From Diplonema japonicum (lineage: Eukaryota; Protista; Euglenozoa: Diplonemea), in NCBI GenBank assembly GCA_964019335.1, contig OZ025654.1, positions 186,001 through 250,000 on the forward strand: 64,000 bases of DNA, read 5' to 3'. Below are positions 31,058-42,162 of this stretch, in pieces; position 1 is the first letter of the stretch; each line of letters opens with the position of its first letter. A model generated the notes under the pieces. It did not search any database. It was not told the origin of the DNA and was given only the letters and a program-made list of their open reading frames with translations. Made by a program: the position numbers and the translations under genes.

Positions 31058-31990
31058 TTTAGTTTAATTCAACATAATACTGGAAAGGAAATGAAAAACG
31101 GACAGAACTTGATACAGAAGTGGAACGGGAACGGAAAAGAAAGGGGAAAGGAGGAGGGTTGGAAAATTAAAAAAGGCAAGCTATATTAGCCCGAGCTGGG
31201 AGTCAAGGAAGAGAATAATATAAATCACAACACATCGAAGATTACGGGGGAGGGGCGTAAGAATAATAGAGCAATAGGGCAGCTGAACTTTCGTACCAAT
31301 CAGTGCAGAGAAGGCAAGAACAGGAAGTCGTTAAAAGATGCCTCAAGTACTTTCTAGGCATCCTCGAGGAGCTCACTCCCTCTGGAACAAAGACCTGGCC
31401 ACCAGTTGGGCTGAACGACCACAATTATCATAGTAGTTACGTTTACGTTTCTTTTCCTTTCTTTTCTTATTGTTTCCTTCTTTCTAAATGTGCCAAACTA
31501 ATCCAAATTCAAACAAGAAAAAAATACTACTCTTGGAAAACCTTTCAAAACAAACGCCAAAACACTACTCGTAATGCATGCAACCATGCCGAGGGGGCTG
31601 CAGGGCAAATTAGTTCGAATTTCAATTCTTCTTTCTCCTTCTTTTCTTTCCCTGCTTCCCGTAAACTATAAGGCGTGTCAATTCTCAGTTCTCAATATCT
31701 ACCTCATTCAGTGTCCGGCTCAATCCACCGCGATGACCTTTCAATCTGGCGGTGAAGTAAACTGAAGAGTAAATAAAATAAAATAGAAATACAATTTTCC
31801 CTTCTTTCTTCTGGCTACAACAAATATAGTTACTTACATAACATAATTAATATTCTGTTGACAATCACGATTGGTTGAGCTGCAGTAGCAATGTCGCACA
31901 AAACTGTGAAAGTACACAGCAGATGACCTCAGTGCGATATCTCTTTACTGTGCAAACACTTGTAGAAAAAAAGAAATAGTTCAGTGCTTC

Positions 31991-32085
31991 ATTTGTTTGT
32001 ACTCACGAGCGGTATTTTACCTAATAAAATACCTCATTACGCTGCCATCAACTAGTCTCGACAATATTATATTGCTAAAACAAAA
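31991..32085. repeat. Dispersed repeat family C (also 46514-46733 reversed and 52760-52822)
   Basis: Shared core TACCTAATAAAAT..CATTACGCTGCCATCAACTAGT..TCTCGACAATA. Confidence 0.8.
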
Positions 32086-32491
32086 ATAAGAAGGCTTGTT
32101 TTCTTTTTTTCTCTCCTTTGCTTCGGTCGCACCGAAGAAACAATCAATATTTTAAGGGCACATTCATTCTCTATTCGTTATTCTTTCCTTTTTGTTGTTT
32201 ATTTTGTTGTTTCTCAGTCGCATTTCGTTTTTTTTTGCAGTTTTCTCTTCTTCCTTTGTTCTTTATAACCCCTCTTTTTGTTAGGCTCTTCACTCGGGGT
32301 GAGTGGAGAAACCTTGGAAAATATGATTAATAGATAGTGATGAACTCCGCAGTGCGCACCCAACACACAATGCGGATAGTGACCATTTTGGTCCTTCTTT
32401 GAAATATCAAACAATAAAAGCCTTGTAGAAAAATGATTGCCTAGCAAACGGAACAGGCCGTTGTTTGTAAACTCGAAACATGTTGCCAACT

Positions 32492-32569
32492 GCCGTGTTC
32501 AAAAAAAGTACTAAGCGAAAAAGCAAATTTTGAAATAAGGACAAAAACGTCCGCGCGGGCGTTTAGGGG
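32492..32569 (-). mobile_element. Solo piggyBac-like terminus
   Basis: Near-exact reverse complement of 53883-53961; ends GGGG followed by TTTAA. Confidence 0.75.
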
Positions 32570-33186
32570 TTTAAAAAAAAAGAGGGTTCACCACTTAACA
32601 AACCTTTCTGTTTCTTCCATTTTCTCTTTCCTTCTTTCTCTCAGACCGTTTTCTTACTTTCTTTTTTTTCTTTTTTTTAACATGGTCAGCACAGTGCAAT
32701 TTGTACAAATAACGAAGCTATCAAATATTATTCAACCCCGTAGCCTGCAACTACCACAAACACAACATACAAGAAGATCCGAGAGGCACATGAACGAAAA
32801 ACAAGCACCGCAATAATCTACTTTTGTATGAGCGCTGAATACTGACAAAAAGAAAAGAAACTCGCATGGCGCAGTGCGCAAGTATCTTGATGCAAACAGA
32901 TCTGCCATCTGGCATAGATAGCTTTGGTTCAAAAAGAAAAAGAAAAACTGTCCAAAGTAAGAGAGGAAAAAGAGGAAGGGTGTCAAAGTCCTTTGCTGCC
33001 ATGTTTACCGGCTTCTTTTCACTAGGACATGGCAGCAGGACCTTTGAGAGAATCCACTATGATGCGGAGAAGCTCTTGCAGCAACCATCCACCGGGATTT
33101 ATATTAAAAAAAAAAAAAGAAAGCAAAATGTCAGGAATGTTAAAGAAATGGAGAAAAAGCTATTTAGCTACAAAAAAAAATAGCTA

Positions 33187-34035
33187 TTTACTGCCAACAA
33201 GTAATGACTTTACCGTTACCTCGAGGTTCCGCATTTTACCGTCGAGGGCCCGCAGGGCCCGAGATGGTAAAATGCGGAACCGAGAGGTCGGTAAAGCATT
33301 ACTTGGCGGTAGGTAAGTGGTTTTATTTCACGACACTCAGAAATTACTTCACCACGAGGGGCACAACGGGGTGACAAGGGGTACAACAAGAGAGGGGTTA
33401 CAAAGGTTACAATACAAGTTGTTTTCCCTCCTTTTGTTGACTAAGAGCTGCCGCTGTCGCTGGCATTGCCACTGTCACCATCTCTAATCAGGCCTTCCCA
33501 TACCTGGCGCGGCCGCTGGCTCCTTTTTTTCTGCTGCTTCGGTATTTTGAAGTCATTTGGGGAGCTTGGGTAAGCTGACTAAGTTACCCTTACCCACAGA
33601 AGAGTTACCCCCAGAAACTGGGAACAAGGCCTAGCCAAAAGTGGGCAAATTGGGAGGAAAAAGTAGTCCAACTTGGAACTGAGCCGAGGCAAAAGTTGGC
33701 CAATTGAGCTGAACCTGGGGAAAATAGCAAACTGAGAGGAAAAAGTAGCCCCACTGGGAACCGAACCGAGGCAAAAATTGGCCTACCGAGGCATATTATT
33801 TAACGGAAACCCCCTATTACTTCACGGAAAACAGGCCATTATTTCACCGTGAAGTAATGAGATTTAGCGTGAAGTAATGGGCCCCCCAGTGCGTGAAGTA
33901 ATTTCTGAAGAGTGAAATAAAAGTAATTACCTTCCGTCCCTCGAGGTTCCACACCGATCAGGGCCCGACCATTACCTCACGTGAAGTGAAATCTAGCCAT
34001 AAATGGGCCCTAAGTGCGTTAAGCAATTTCAGAAT
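33187..34035. mobile_element. Non-coding structured element: long hairpin, 30-bp inverted repeats, GTGAAGTAAT iterons, internal 81-bp-period repeat
   Basis: Hairpin 33198-33305; IR 33321-33352 vs 33893-33922; internal repeats about 33647-33701 and 33728-33783; hairpin fragments recur at 33939-33968. Confidence 0.6.
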
Positions 34036-34634
34036 AAACTATAATCCCGAAAGATGCAAATAATCAAAAATTCTCTTTTTTCTTTCTAATACGCTTTCAT
34101 GGCACTTAAGCCAACTAAGACAAGGCACCCAATGTACTATGAAAAAAGGAATAAAACAGGCCCCACGGTACAAAACGGGGTTTTTTCCGTAGACTGCGAT
34201 GTTCTTGGTCTACTTTTGGCCCAGAAAAAAAAAAATAGGGGCGTGCAAAGTGCATGGGGGTTCTCCAGCAATCAACCTGTTCACAGAACCGGTGGAAAGA
34301 GAGCTCTTCCGTGACCTTTGTTACCAAACCAAATGAACTCGCTTAAGGGGAGGTGTCGTTACGCACCTAGACCGGTCAAAGGTCTTGCTGCCCCCAAAAA
34401 AAAGGACAATTCTGTAGGGAGGGAAGAGACTCATGAAATAAACTATTAGTTTATCTCTGTTGTTGCATTAATGAAAAAAGAAAAGAAACAAATTACCATG
34501 GGGAGAAATGGGGGGAAGGGAGGTACAAAAAAAAAGAGAAAAAACAAGAAATAGAGCATTCTTCGTTCTGTTTGAATCTTTGACCACCGAAATTGCAATG
34601 AGATGAATATTAAACACAAAATAATAATGTTTCT

Positions 34635-36968
34635 TCACCCATCATTTGTGAGCCTGCCTTCTGCCAAGGCTTGTCTGAGCTGTCCTGCGAGACGGAGGTG
34701 TTCAGGGTGCTTCGTCTCGAACTTCGTGATCTCAGACGCGTCGAGCGTAGAGAAGAAGTCGTCGAGGAAGACAACCCTGGACTGGCTCTGCTCCTGCAGC
34801 TGGTACATCCACTCAGCTTCGGCCACCTCTTCCAAAACAGAAACCCAAAAGATTTTAATAACCTCATTCACACCCAAGACAGTTGTCCTGAAAGCTTCGT
34901 ACACAGCTGCACTGTTGCACTGATCAACAGTCCTTCTTGTCGCCGTGATATCCAAGCCCAGCCTATCGTTCATCAAGGACAAAGACAATGCCACGTCTTG
35001 CAGCTCGCTCCCCAGAACCTGGAACCTGTTGTATTTGCTGCCCAGTACCCCGAAGTAGGTTGGAGCTGTGTGGATCCCGATCGACAGGTCGGTCGCCTCC
35101 TCTGATGACATCCTGAACTTCGCACACTTCAGCAAGTCACTTGAAAGGTCCATCGAGTGCACCCTCCCCCCGCCGTGCACCTGCTTCGCAACGCACCACG
35201 CAACATATATCCTCGTCCCGCTGATGCACATGACCTGCCCATGGTGCGCCTTCGCCGATTCAAAAACGAAAGCGAAAAGCTCCGTATGTTGTGCAACGCT
35301 CTGGCTTGTGAACATCCCTTCGAACCCCCTGCATGTCACTACCATGCACGTTGCGATCTTGTTTCCGGCTGGGTGCCTTATACCCACATCAAGCATCCCG
35401 AGTGTGACCACAGCCGCAGCTACTGATGTCGCACCTGACTTTGTGCTCTCCGCGCTAGACTCAGTGTCGTTCTGCTCTTTCTCGACGACAGGGACGAAGG
35501 ACTGCACCTTCTCAACCATCACGACGCCATTCCAGAAGCCCCTGTACATGCTGTTCATCTCCTTGATAAGGCTGTTGTGTGGCACCGTCTGCACCGTGGG
35601 GTTCTGCATGTCCATGTTGGCAATGCAGTCAAAAGCGCTGCCTAGAGCATGGAGGGGCTTCGTGAGCATGTGTGCCATCAGCATTGCTATAAAGCAGAAT
35701 AACACAATGATGCCAGACGCAATGACAGCGATAGTATTCCCAAGGTTTGTTGCAGGCTTCATAACCTCATCCTCTTCAACCATCATAACAAGCAGGAGAT
35801 CCAGCCCCTTCGCGTTGGGATCCTTCACCTCAAAGAGCACAGTGGTGAAGCCATTGCTGACGTAGGTTCCTGTAGAGATGTTGCCCCAATCACACGCTGT
35901 CTCGGTGCAGTATTTGTCGAAAATAGGTACCACAACGCTCACGATGGACGGGTTTACCATGCTTGTGTTGTCAGCATGAGTAAGGCCTTTGAGGCCACCG
36001 GAGTGCCCGTATCTCACCTCTGTACTCTGATCAGGCAAGCTGCTTGCTAGCAGCTCACGTTTCGAAGTGACTAAGAAAATAATGTCGTTGACCTCAGTAG
36101 AACTGGCAGCCGATATGAGCACATCCTGCAGGTTCAAAGAACCCGCACCCAAGGTGCTGGTACCAATCCTTTGTGACAGAGCCCCAAATGCCGACAGCGG
36201 AGCCCACGGGGGGCCTGTCACGCTGAAATATACTTTTTTATACAGAGCGTCATTGGGAGCCTTCCCCACAATCACAATCTTTGAGAACCACTCGACTCCC
36301 CTCAGTCCTGTGTCCAAGAGGGAGACATCGCCAGGAATCCCTTGCATGCGCCACAAATTCTTCATGTTTCCGAGCCATTTTGTGCAGTCTTTATCAAACA
36401 TCTTTTGCTTTATTTCCAAGGGGTTTGCAATCTTGGCGTTCCCGTAGACTTTGTTCGCCCTTGCGTAGCCAGGGCAGCCTGCACCGGAAAGCATAGAACA
36501 GTCTGGGACAGTGACACCGGAAGTATCGTACCGCATGCTTGAAACATATGTCGATGAGATAAGCGTAGCGTCCACGTCGCACAGGCTGTTGTTTCCGGTT
36601 TGGTTGCTGACGTACATATCGTGGCGGGGGTGCGCAATGAGCACCGATGCCAACGTCGGCTGCTTGACAAGCACAGAAAAGACACTGTTCCCATAAATAT
36701 CGAGAAAGACCTTTGGCGCATCAAGTGGGTTGCTCGCGCAAGAAGACTCGTACATGGAGGCAAAGGCCAAAGCACTGCTACTTGCACGAGTGAAGTACCC
36801 TAGTACAACACTGCTCACACTCTCCGCAATTCCAAGCAGCTGGTCATTTCTCGCATCTTTCAAAGCATTAGAGGCAATCAGCACGGAAGGCACCCATATG
36901 CCTGCTGCGGTGCAAACCACGATCAGCCCCACAGACACAGTAATCAGAAGCCTGATACTAACAGACAT
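34635..36968 (-). CDS. TM - Cache-like sensor - TM - HAMP - degenerate class III cyclase-like protein
   Basis: Two TM helices around an extracellular domain; HAMP-like LTKPLHALGSAFDCIANMD; cyclase-like SIGIHTAPTYFGVLG; EWMYQL; expected first metal-binding Asp absent. Likely start MSVSIRLL at 36968. Confidence 0.8.
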   Translation of the reverse strand: MSVSIRLLITVSVGLIVVCTAAGIWVPSVLIASNALKDARNDQLLGIAESVSSVVLGYFTRASSSALAFASMYESSCASNPLDAPKVFLDIYGNSVFSVLVKQPTLASVLIAHPRHDMYVSNQTGNNSLCDVDATLISSTYVSSMRYDTSGVTVPDCSMLSGAGCPGYARANKVYGNAKIANPLEIKQKMFDKDCTKWLGNMKNLWRMQGIPGDVSLLDTGLRGVEWFSKIVIVGKAPNDALYKKVYFSVTGPPWAPLSAFGALSQRIGTSTLGAGSLNLQDVLISAASSTEVNDIIFLVTSKRELLASSLPDQSTEVRYGHSGGLKGLTHADNTSMVNPSIVSVVVPIFDKYCTETACDWGNISTGTYVSNGFTTVLFEVKDPNAKGLDLLLVMMVEEDEVMKPATNLGNTIAVIASGIIVLFCFIAMLMAHMLTKPLHALGSAFDCIANMDMQNPTVQTVPHNSLIKEMNSMYRGFWNGVVMVEKVQSFVPVVEKEQNDTESSAESTKSGATSVAAAVVTLGMLDVGIRHPAGNKIATCMVVTCRGFEGMFTSQSVAQHTELFAFVFESAKAHHGQVMCISGTRIYVAWCVAKQVHGGGRVHSMDLSSDLLKCAKFRMSSEEATDLSIGIHTAPTYFGVLGSKYNRFQVLGSELQDVALSLSLMNDRLGLDITATRRTVDQCNSAAVYEAFRTTVLGVNEVIKIFWVSVLEEVAEAEWMYQLQEQSQSRVVFLDDFFSTLDASEITKFETKHPEHLRLAGQLRQALAEGRLTNDG

Positions 36969-37041
36969 AGTTGAGACCTGCAAGGCGAGGTAGGGACACG
37001 TATGTAAACCATGGACAAAATACTAAGTAAAACTAAACAAA

Positions 37042-37869
37042 TCAGACCTTCTTTCCAGAAGAGCGCAGAGAGGCCCCCTTGGAGGACCGGAGTGGCGGCA
37101 AAACGGAAGCGTTCATGGCACGCTCTTTGGGAGTGATGGCAACTGTGTTGAGAGAGCGCAGGATGGGGAAGTGTGATAAGAGGTGGCGTTTATAACCAGG
37201 AATGTCCTCGACAGGGTTTCCGCCTGTGGACAGGGATCGGAGTAAGGGGAGCTTGCTTAGACTAGTGACTTCGAAAAGGGAGGTGATGTTGTTAGCCTGC
37301 AGGTTCAGAGACCGCAGTGATGTGAACAGCAGTAGCTCCTGTGGTATTGATGTGACCATGTTTTGTGATAAGTTCAAACTAGTGACAGACTCGGCCCCAC
37401 CTGCCAGCAGCGAGTCGAGCATTGCATGCAAGCCTGTAATATCTGTGAAGCTGTTTCCTGCGAGGTGCACCTGTGAAGCTTTGTATCTGCCATCAAGAGT
37501 CTGCGATGCACTGCGTGGCATAACCTCCGCCAGCTCATCGATACTTGAGATGTCCAAGAACGAGAAGTCCAGCACCCGTTCAGTGCGCACCTTTACTTGC
37601 CTCTTAGTAGTACTCATAGGCATTTCCGGCTGCTGGGGTCTCACAATAGGCTCCGGCATTCTCGAAGAGCCCTTCAAAGTCGCTTCCTGTCGCTTCATCT
37701 TTCTATTCTTCTTCTCGATGTCCAACGGAGTGTCCGGCAATGCTACCTGCGCAGCTGTGGACGGGAAGTGCCGCCCCACCATCACATCGAATTGATGCAA
37801 GGCACTCCCCTCTGCAGTCGTCTTACCAATAGGCACCAACGCCACTTGTTGCTTTCTCTTCCATGCCAT
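37042..37869 (-). CDS. Leucine-rich repeat protein, LRRC51-like
   Basis: LDFSFLDISSIDEL, SLNLSQNMVTSIP, LRSLNLQANNI, GNPVEDIPGY LRR cap; first ATG 37869. Confidence 0.8.
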   Translation of the reverse strand: MAWKRKQQVALVPIGKTTAEGSALHQFDVMVGRHFPSTAAQVALPDTPLDIEKKNRKMKRQEATLKGSSRMPEPIVRPQQPEMPMSTTKRQVKVRTERVLDFSFLDISSIDELAEVMPRSASQTLDGRYKASQVHLAGNSFTDITGLHAMLDSLLAGGAESVTSLNLSQNMVTSIPQELLLFTSLRSLNLQANNITSLFEVTSLSKLPLLRSLSTGGNPVEDIPGYKRHLLSHFPILRSLNTVAITPKERAMNASVLPPLRSSKGASLRSSGKKV

Positions 37870-38086
37870 GAGCGGTGCTGGGTGTGCGATTAAAAAAAAC
37901 AAAACTCTTCCGCCAATAACAGAGCAAGGAACACTCAAAGGAGAATGTATGCGCAGAGCTAAATTGCTGTTCAGTTAAAAACTAGACAAAAAAAACGCCG
38001 CTACGTTAAATCGGCACTGAAGCAGTCCGGTGCGAAAGACTATCGAAAGAAATTCCATTTTTCTCGTGTTAGTTCTTTAACTGTTA

Positions 38087-39784
38087 TCACTGTTGTACAC
38101 AATTCCTGAGCTCGTACTTCTTAATCTTACCTGTTGCTGTGAGCGGCATGGCATCAATGATAAAGACCTTGGACGGGATCTTGTAGTGAGCAATCTGATT
38201 ATGGCAAAATGCTTTGAGGGTCTGGAGCGTGAAGGGCTGCGATGGGTCCTTCAAAGTAGCATAAAGTGCGACCTCTTCTCCTAAGATATCGTGAGGGACA
38301 CCAGCAACGGCAATCTCCAGAAGACCTGGATGCGTGTGGAGAAAGGCCTCTACCTCAACGGGGTAAATGTTCTCGCCACCCCTGATGATGACGTCCTTCT
38401 TCCTGCCCACAATGCGAGAGTAGCCATTTTCATCTATGGTAGCTAGGTCGCCAGTTCTCATATACCCCTCGCTGTCAATTACCTCTGCAGTCGAGTCATC
38501 CATATTGTAGTACCCTTTCATCACGGAGTATCCCTTTGTGCATAGTTCACCCACTTCTCCTCTTTTCACTGTCTCACCATCATCGCCGATAACCTTGCAC
38601 GTCACGTGGGGATGGATCGTACCCACGGTCTCGCATTTCAGTATCATGTCCTCGCAGCCGAGAGGAGTCTGAAATGACACAGGACTGGTCTCCGTCATGC
38701 CGTAGCACACCTGCACGTCTGTCATGCCTAGTACAGAAGCAACCTGCCTCATGAGCTCAGGTGGGCAGGATGATCCTGCCATAATCCCCGTCCTGAGCGT
38801 GGGGCTTTCTTGCTTTGATTCAGGAACCTTCTTGACGTGCTCCAGAACGTGTGAGAACATGGTCGGCACGCCATAGAGAGAAGTGCAGCTGTACTTCTTT
38901 ACGGCGTCCACAGTGTGCTTGGGGTCAAAGCCTGGGGAAGGGAACACCATTGAAGCGCCGGATGTCATGCCAGCAAGAACACCCAACACAGTACCGAAAC
39001 AGTGGTACAGCGGCACGGGGATGTTAATGATGTCCTTTTCTGTATAGCCCAGGCGCTGACCCACAAAGTTGCCGTTGTTCAGAATATTGTGATGGGTCAG
39101 TGCTGCGGGTTTTGGTGGACCTGTTGTGCCTGAAGTGAACTGTATATTAGCGATGTCGGTAGGGACCGGAGCGTGGGCAGCTAAATGGCGCTGGAAGGAA
39201 GCAGTTGTTGTATCAGTCACCACATCACACATCTTTATGCACGACGGGAGGCTCTTTGCGTGATCTACAGTGAAGACATGCCTCAGAGTGGGCAGGGCCT
39301 CGCTGTTAATGTCCGTCGAACATGTAGAAAGGTCGGGAACAAGCATTGAGAGAATGTTGAAGTAGTCCGAAGTCTTGTAGGAGTCGGTGATAAGCAGGCC
39401 TTTGCAGTGGACACTGTTCAGTGCGTATTTTAACTCCTGTGCTCTATAGGCAGGGTTAACGCTCACTAAGACCACGTTAACCTTGTGACAGGCAAACTGC
39501 ATCAATACCCACTCATAGTAATTCGGTAGCCACACACCAATCGTTTCACCAGGCATGTACCCCATCCCTACGAGACCCGCCGCTATCTTGTTAACATCTT
39601 CAAGAAACCCCTGCCATGTTTTCTCGATGCCTTGCTCACAGAAACTGAACAACCGCTCGTCCATATGCACAGCTGCCATGGCTTCTAGTTGCTCGCATAT
39701 CGTTGTATCCAGCAGTCTCGCGTTGGTATCGCCTTGAACTAAGGCCAGCCTCGAGCTAAGTCTAGCTAGTGTCCGCCTAAACAT
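38087..39784 (-). CDS. ACSF2: Medium-chain acyl-CoA synthetase, ACSF2-like, with mitochondrial-type presequence
   Basis: NIQFTSGTTGPPK, PLYHCFG, CYGMTETSP, RTGDLA, GRKKDVIIRGGENIYP, TGKIKK; N-terminus MFRRTLARLSSR. Confidence 0.9.
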   Translation of the reverse strand: MFRRTLARLSSRLALVQGDTNARLLDTTICEQLEAMAAVHMDERLFSFCEQGIEKTWQGFLEDVNKIAAGLVGMGYMPGETIGVWLPNYYEWVLMQFACHKVNVVLVSVNPAYRAQELKYALNSVHCKGLLITDSYKTSDYFNILSMLVPDLSTCSTDINSEALPTLRHVFTVDHAKSLPSCIKMCDVVTDTTTASFQRHLAAHAPVPTDIANIQFTSGTTGPPKPAALTHHNILNNGNFVGQRLGYTEKDIINIPVPLYHCFGTVLGVLAGMTSGASMVFPSPGFDPKHTVDAVKKYSCTSLYGVPTMFSHVLEHVKKVPESKQESPTLRTGIMAGSSCPPELMRQVASVLGMTDVQVCYGMTETSPVSFQTPLGCEDMILKCETVGTIHPHVTCKVIGDDGETVKRGEVGELCTKGYSVMKGYYNMDDSTAEVIDSEGYMRTGDLATIDENGYSRIVGRKKDVIIRGGENIYPVEVEAFLHTHPGLLEIAVAGVPHDILGEEVALYATLKDPSQPFTLQTLKAFCHNQIAHYKIPSKVFIIDAMPLTATGKIKKYELRNCVQQ

Positions 39785-39921
39785 TCCTTACAAAAGCACC
39801 CTATCGATATACAAGTTGTGTCGTACAATAAAAACATTAAGTATTAATATTAAGTAAAAGCTAAAAACAAAAACTATTGCAAATGCACATCGAACAATAC
39901 TCTTTCCGCTTTTGGTCACTC

Positions 39922-42162
39922 TTAGTCTCCGTTAGAAAGCGGGACACATAAAGGAACTTCATTCACGTTTCGAGTAAGTTCGAGAACCTGCCCAGGGGAG
40001 CCTAGTCGTCGCAGATGGTAGCGAACGATGGGAAGCTCCTTCTCCTCATCTGACAGGCCGTTGAACAAGGTTTCTGCGTTGCCAAAATTAAACAGACGCA
40101 TGTATCTGCAGGCCTGGTGAAGGTCCGACCGGTCAACGCTTTCGTCACGTTCCAGCGCAAGCTGGTACATCCATTCCTGGTCGCCCCCCGTATGTTCCGA
40201 GTCGTCCTTGTCCTCGATGAGGTACGCGTTGACATTGGGGTACACACGATCCGCAAACAAAAACGATTCCATGGGTACTGCGCTATTTTGAAAAGTCTCT
40301 CCGCACAAGCAGCCTAACCCGTTCCTTGAAGCGATGTCTGCCAGCAAGTCCACTTCATGAGCCATGTTGCCAACAACGACAAAGTGCCTGCTTGCCTCTC
40401 CCCCAATTACGCCCATTGGAGTCCTTCCCTGCGTTATTCCCGCACATGTTCCATGAACCTCCTTCAGCACTGCCCGCATAAGCTGGCACACCTCAAGTGT
40501 GTTACTCCCGTTGAACGATATCTGTGCCGTGCTTCCTGTCAGGCTCATGATCATTCCGTTCTTCCGTGTTCTGCTGTGCACCGTCCGTACAAACCTCGAA
40601 ATTAGATCGCGGCTTTCATGCCACATTGATACCATGCGAAGCTGCAGCAACGTAATCTTCTTCTCCGTTAACCCCAACGACAGGAGAGAGGGCGGCTCCC
40701 TTAAGTCTCTCAGGCTCATATATTTCTTCAAGAATGAGCTCCCACCGCTGTGCTCACTACTATGGTCTGACCACTTTCTAAACACGCTGCGCTTCTTAGG
40801 CACAAATGGCATATCGTTTGTAACTGTCTGTTGTAGCGCGTCCGGGAGGAACCGCTTGAACTCCACCAGGATAGCGATGATATCTCGGAAAGCTATCAGC
40901 AGAGGGTCGCTTTTTTCAGGTAACTCCGATAGGAAAGCAACTGTCTCAAAATCCATGAGGGTGACCGCCAGTGCGACACCCCTGCTCACTTCTAGTGTAT
41001 GCTGCATGCGTTCTCTGGATATGATGCTCTTAAGGAAGACCAGTGACAAGCATGTCAAGATAATACCCACTCCTATCCCGATGAGCACAGAAGCGTTCTC
41101 CGGAGTCTCAGTGATTATCTCATTCCTAAATGATGGTGTCACCTGCACCCCTATATTCCACTCCCTGCCTCCCACCCACAGGGTTGTCCATATCACGTTG
41201 CCTATTTTGTTCACTTCCTCGACAGTCTCCAAGTGTGTGTCCGAGTGCAGCACGTTGCCCGAATCGTTGGTGTCAAAAACGTGTAAACTGACATGCTCGT
41301 TGATGCCTTCGCGCGCGTATGACACCATTGTACCAATACGAAAGACACCCAACGTGTGCCCGCGTGTCTTGAGGACACCGGTGGCATTGTCTTGTACTGG
41401 TGTGAAGATCAGCAGCCCGTACTGCTTGGAGGTCTCCTGGACAAGAGTGATTCTCGATGTCGCTACTTGTGTTGATGTCTCTTCCGCCTGATGCAAAGCC
41501 TCAAGGCGCAACGCGGAGCTGCCTAAGTCAAAGCCATGTGCAGCCTCGTTGCCCAATAGTGGGTACACATAGTAAACGGGGTAGTACACACTGTCATTGG
41601 AGCGGCGTTGTAAAGTACCGTTGATGTTCTCTGTGAACTCGTACCCGGGGTACCTGCCCTGCATAGCAGCTTCGTAGGCACTGCGGTCAGCGTGCTGCAC
41701 TCGGGGGATCCACTCCAGAGCTTGGTAATAGTTGCTTGCCTTGAAGCCGTCCTCGAGGTGGGCAATGAAAGTGTGGAAGCCAGTGTCCGAAACCTCCTTA
41801 ACAAAGAATAACCCGGCGAGGCTTATGCAGTCCTTGATTGTGAGCGTCACTGTGCGCTCTAATTGTGCAGCAAAAGTGCTAACGATGTTCTTGTGTGCAA
41901 GCTCCATCTCCTGTACCTCGTCTTCGTGGAGAAGGTTATACGCAACCCATTGGCACCAAAAGCCGATTAACGGGGACAATATAATACAGAGAACCAGAAA
42001 TCTCTTTACATAATAAACCGAGGGACGGGGTATATCGCGAGCTGTCGTCTCGCTCTTCTCACCAATTTGTAGTTCTATTTCCTCCTCCACGGGGGCCTCT
42101 TGAGGACAGGACACGTTATCCGGGATACCTGCTGGTTTTGCAATATTATTAAAAACAGCCAT
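39922..42162 (-). CDS. TM - CHASE domain - TM - degenerate cyclase-like protein
   Basis: CHASE signature ALEWIPRV..YYPVYYVYPLLGNEAAHGFDLGS..ATSRITLVQE..GLLIFTPV; C-terminal AGITQGRTPMGVIGG, EWMYQL. Confidence 0.88.
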   Translation of the reverse strand: MAVFNNIAKPAGIPDNVSCPQEAPVEEEIELQIGEKSETTARDIPRPSVYYVKRFLVLCIILSPLIGFWCQWVAYNLLHEDEVQEMELAHKNIVSTFAAQLERTVTLTIKDCISLAGLFFVKEVSDTGFHTFIAHLEDGFKASNYYQALEWIPRVQHADRSAYEAAMQGRYPGYEFTENINGTLQRRSNDSVYYPVYYVYPLLGNEAAHGFDLGSSALRLEALHQAEETSTQVATSRITLVQETSKQYGLLIFTPVQDNATGVLKTRGHTLGVFRIGTMVSYAREGINEHVSLHVFDTNDSGNVLHSDTHLETVEEVNKIGNVIWTTLWVGGREWNIGVQVTPSFRNEIITETPENASVLIGIGVGIILTCLSLVFLKSIISRERMQHTLEVSRGVALAVTLMDFETVAFLSELPEKSDPLLIAFRDIIAILVEFKRFLPDALQQTVTNDMPFVPKKRSVFRKWSDHSSEHSGGSSFLKKYMSLRDLREPPSLLSLGLTEKKITLLQLRMVSMWHESRDLISRFVRTVHSRTRKNGMIMSLTGSTAQISFNGSNTLEVCQLMRAVLKEVHGTCAGITQGRTPMGVIGGEASRHFVVVGNMAHEVDLLADIASRNGLGCLCGETFQNSAVPMESFLFADRVYPNVNAYLIEDKDDSEHTGGDQEWMYQLALERDESVDRSDLHQACRYMRLFNFGNAETLFNGLSDEEKELPIVRYHLRRLGSPGQVLELTRNVNEVPLCVPLSNGD

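Noticed and set aside
32730-33090. Possible hAT dimerisation-domain relic
   Set aside because: Only a vague resemblance across frames; not supportable without a search.
33198-33305. SECIS element
   Set aside because: Tandem GA pairs form on the + strand, opposite to all genes, and no in-frame UGA selenoprotein candidate is nearby.
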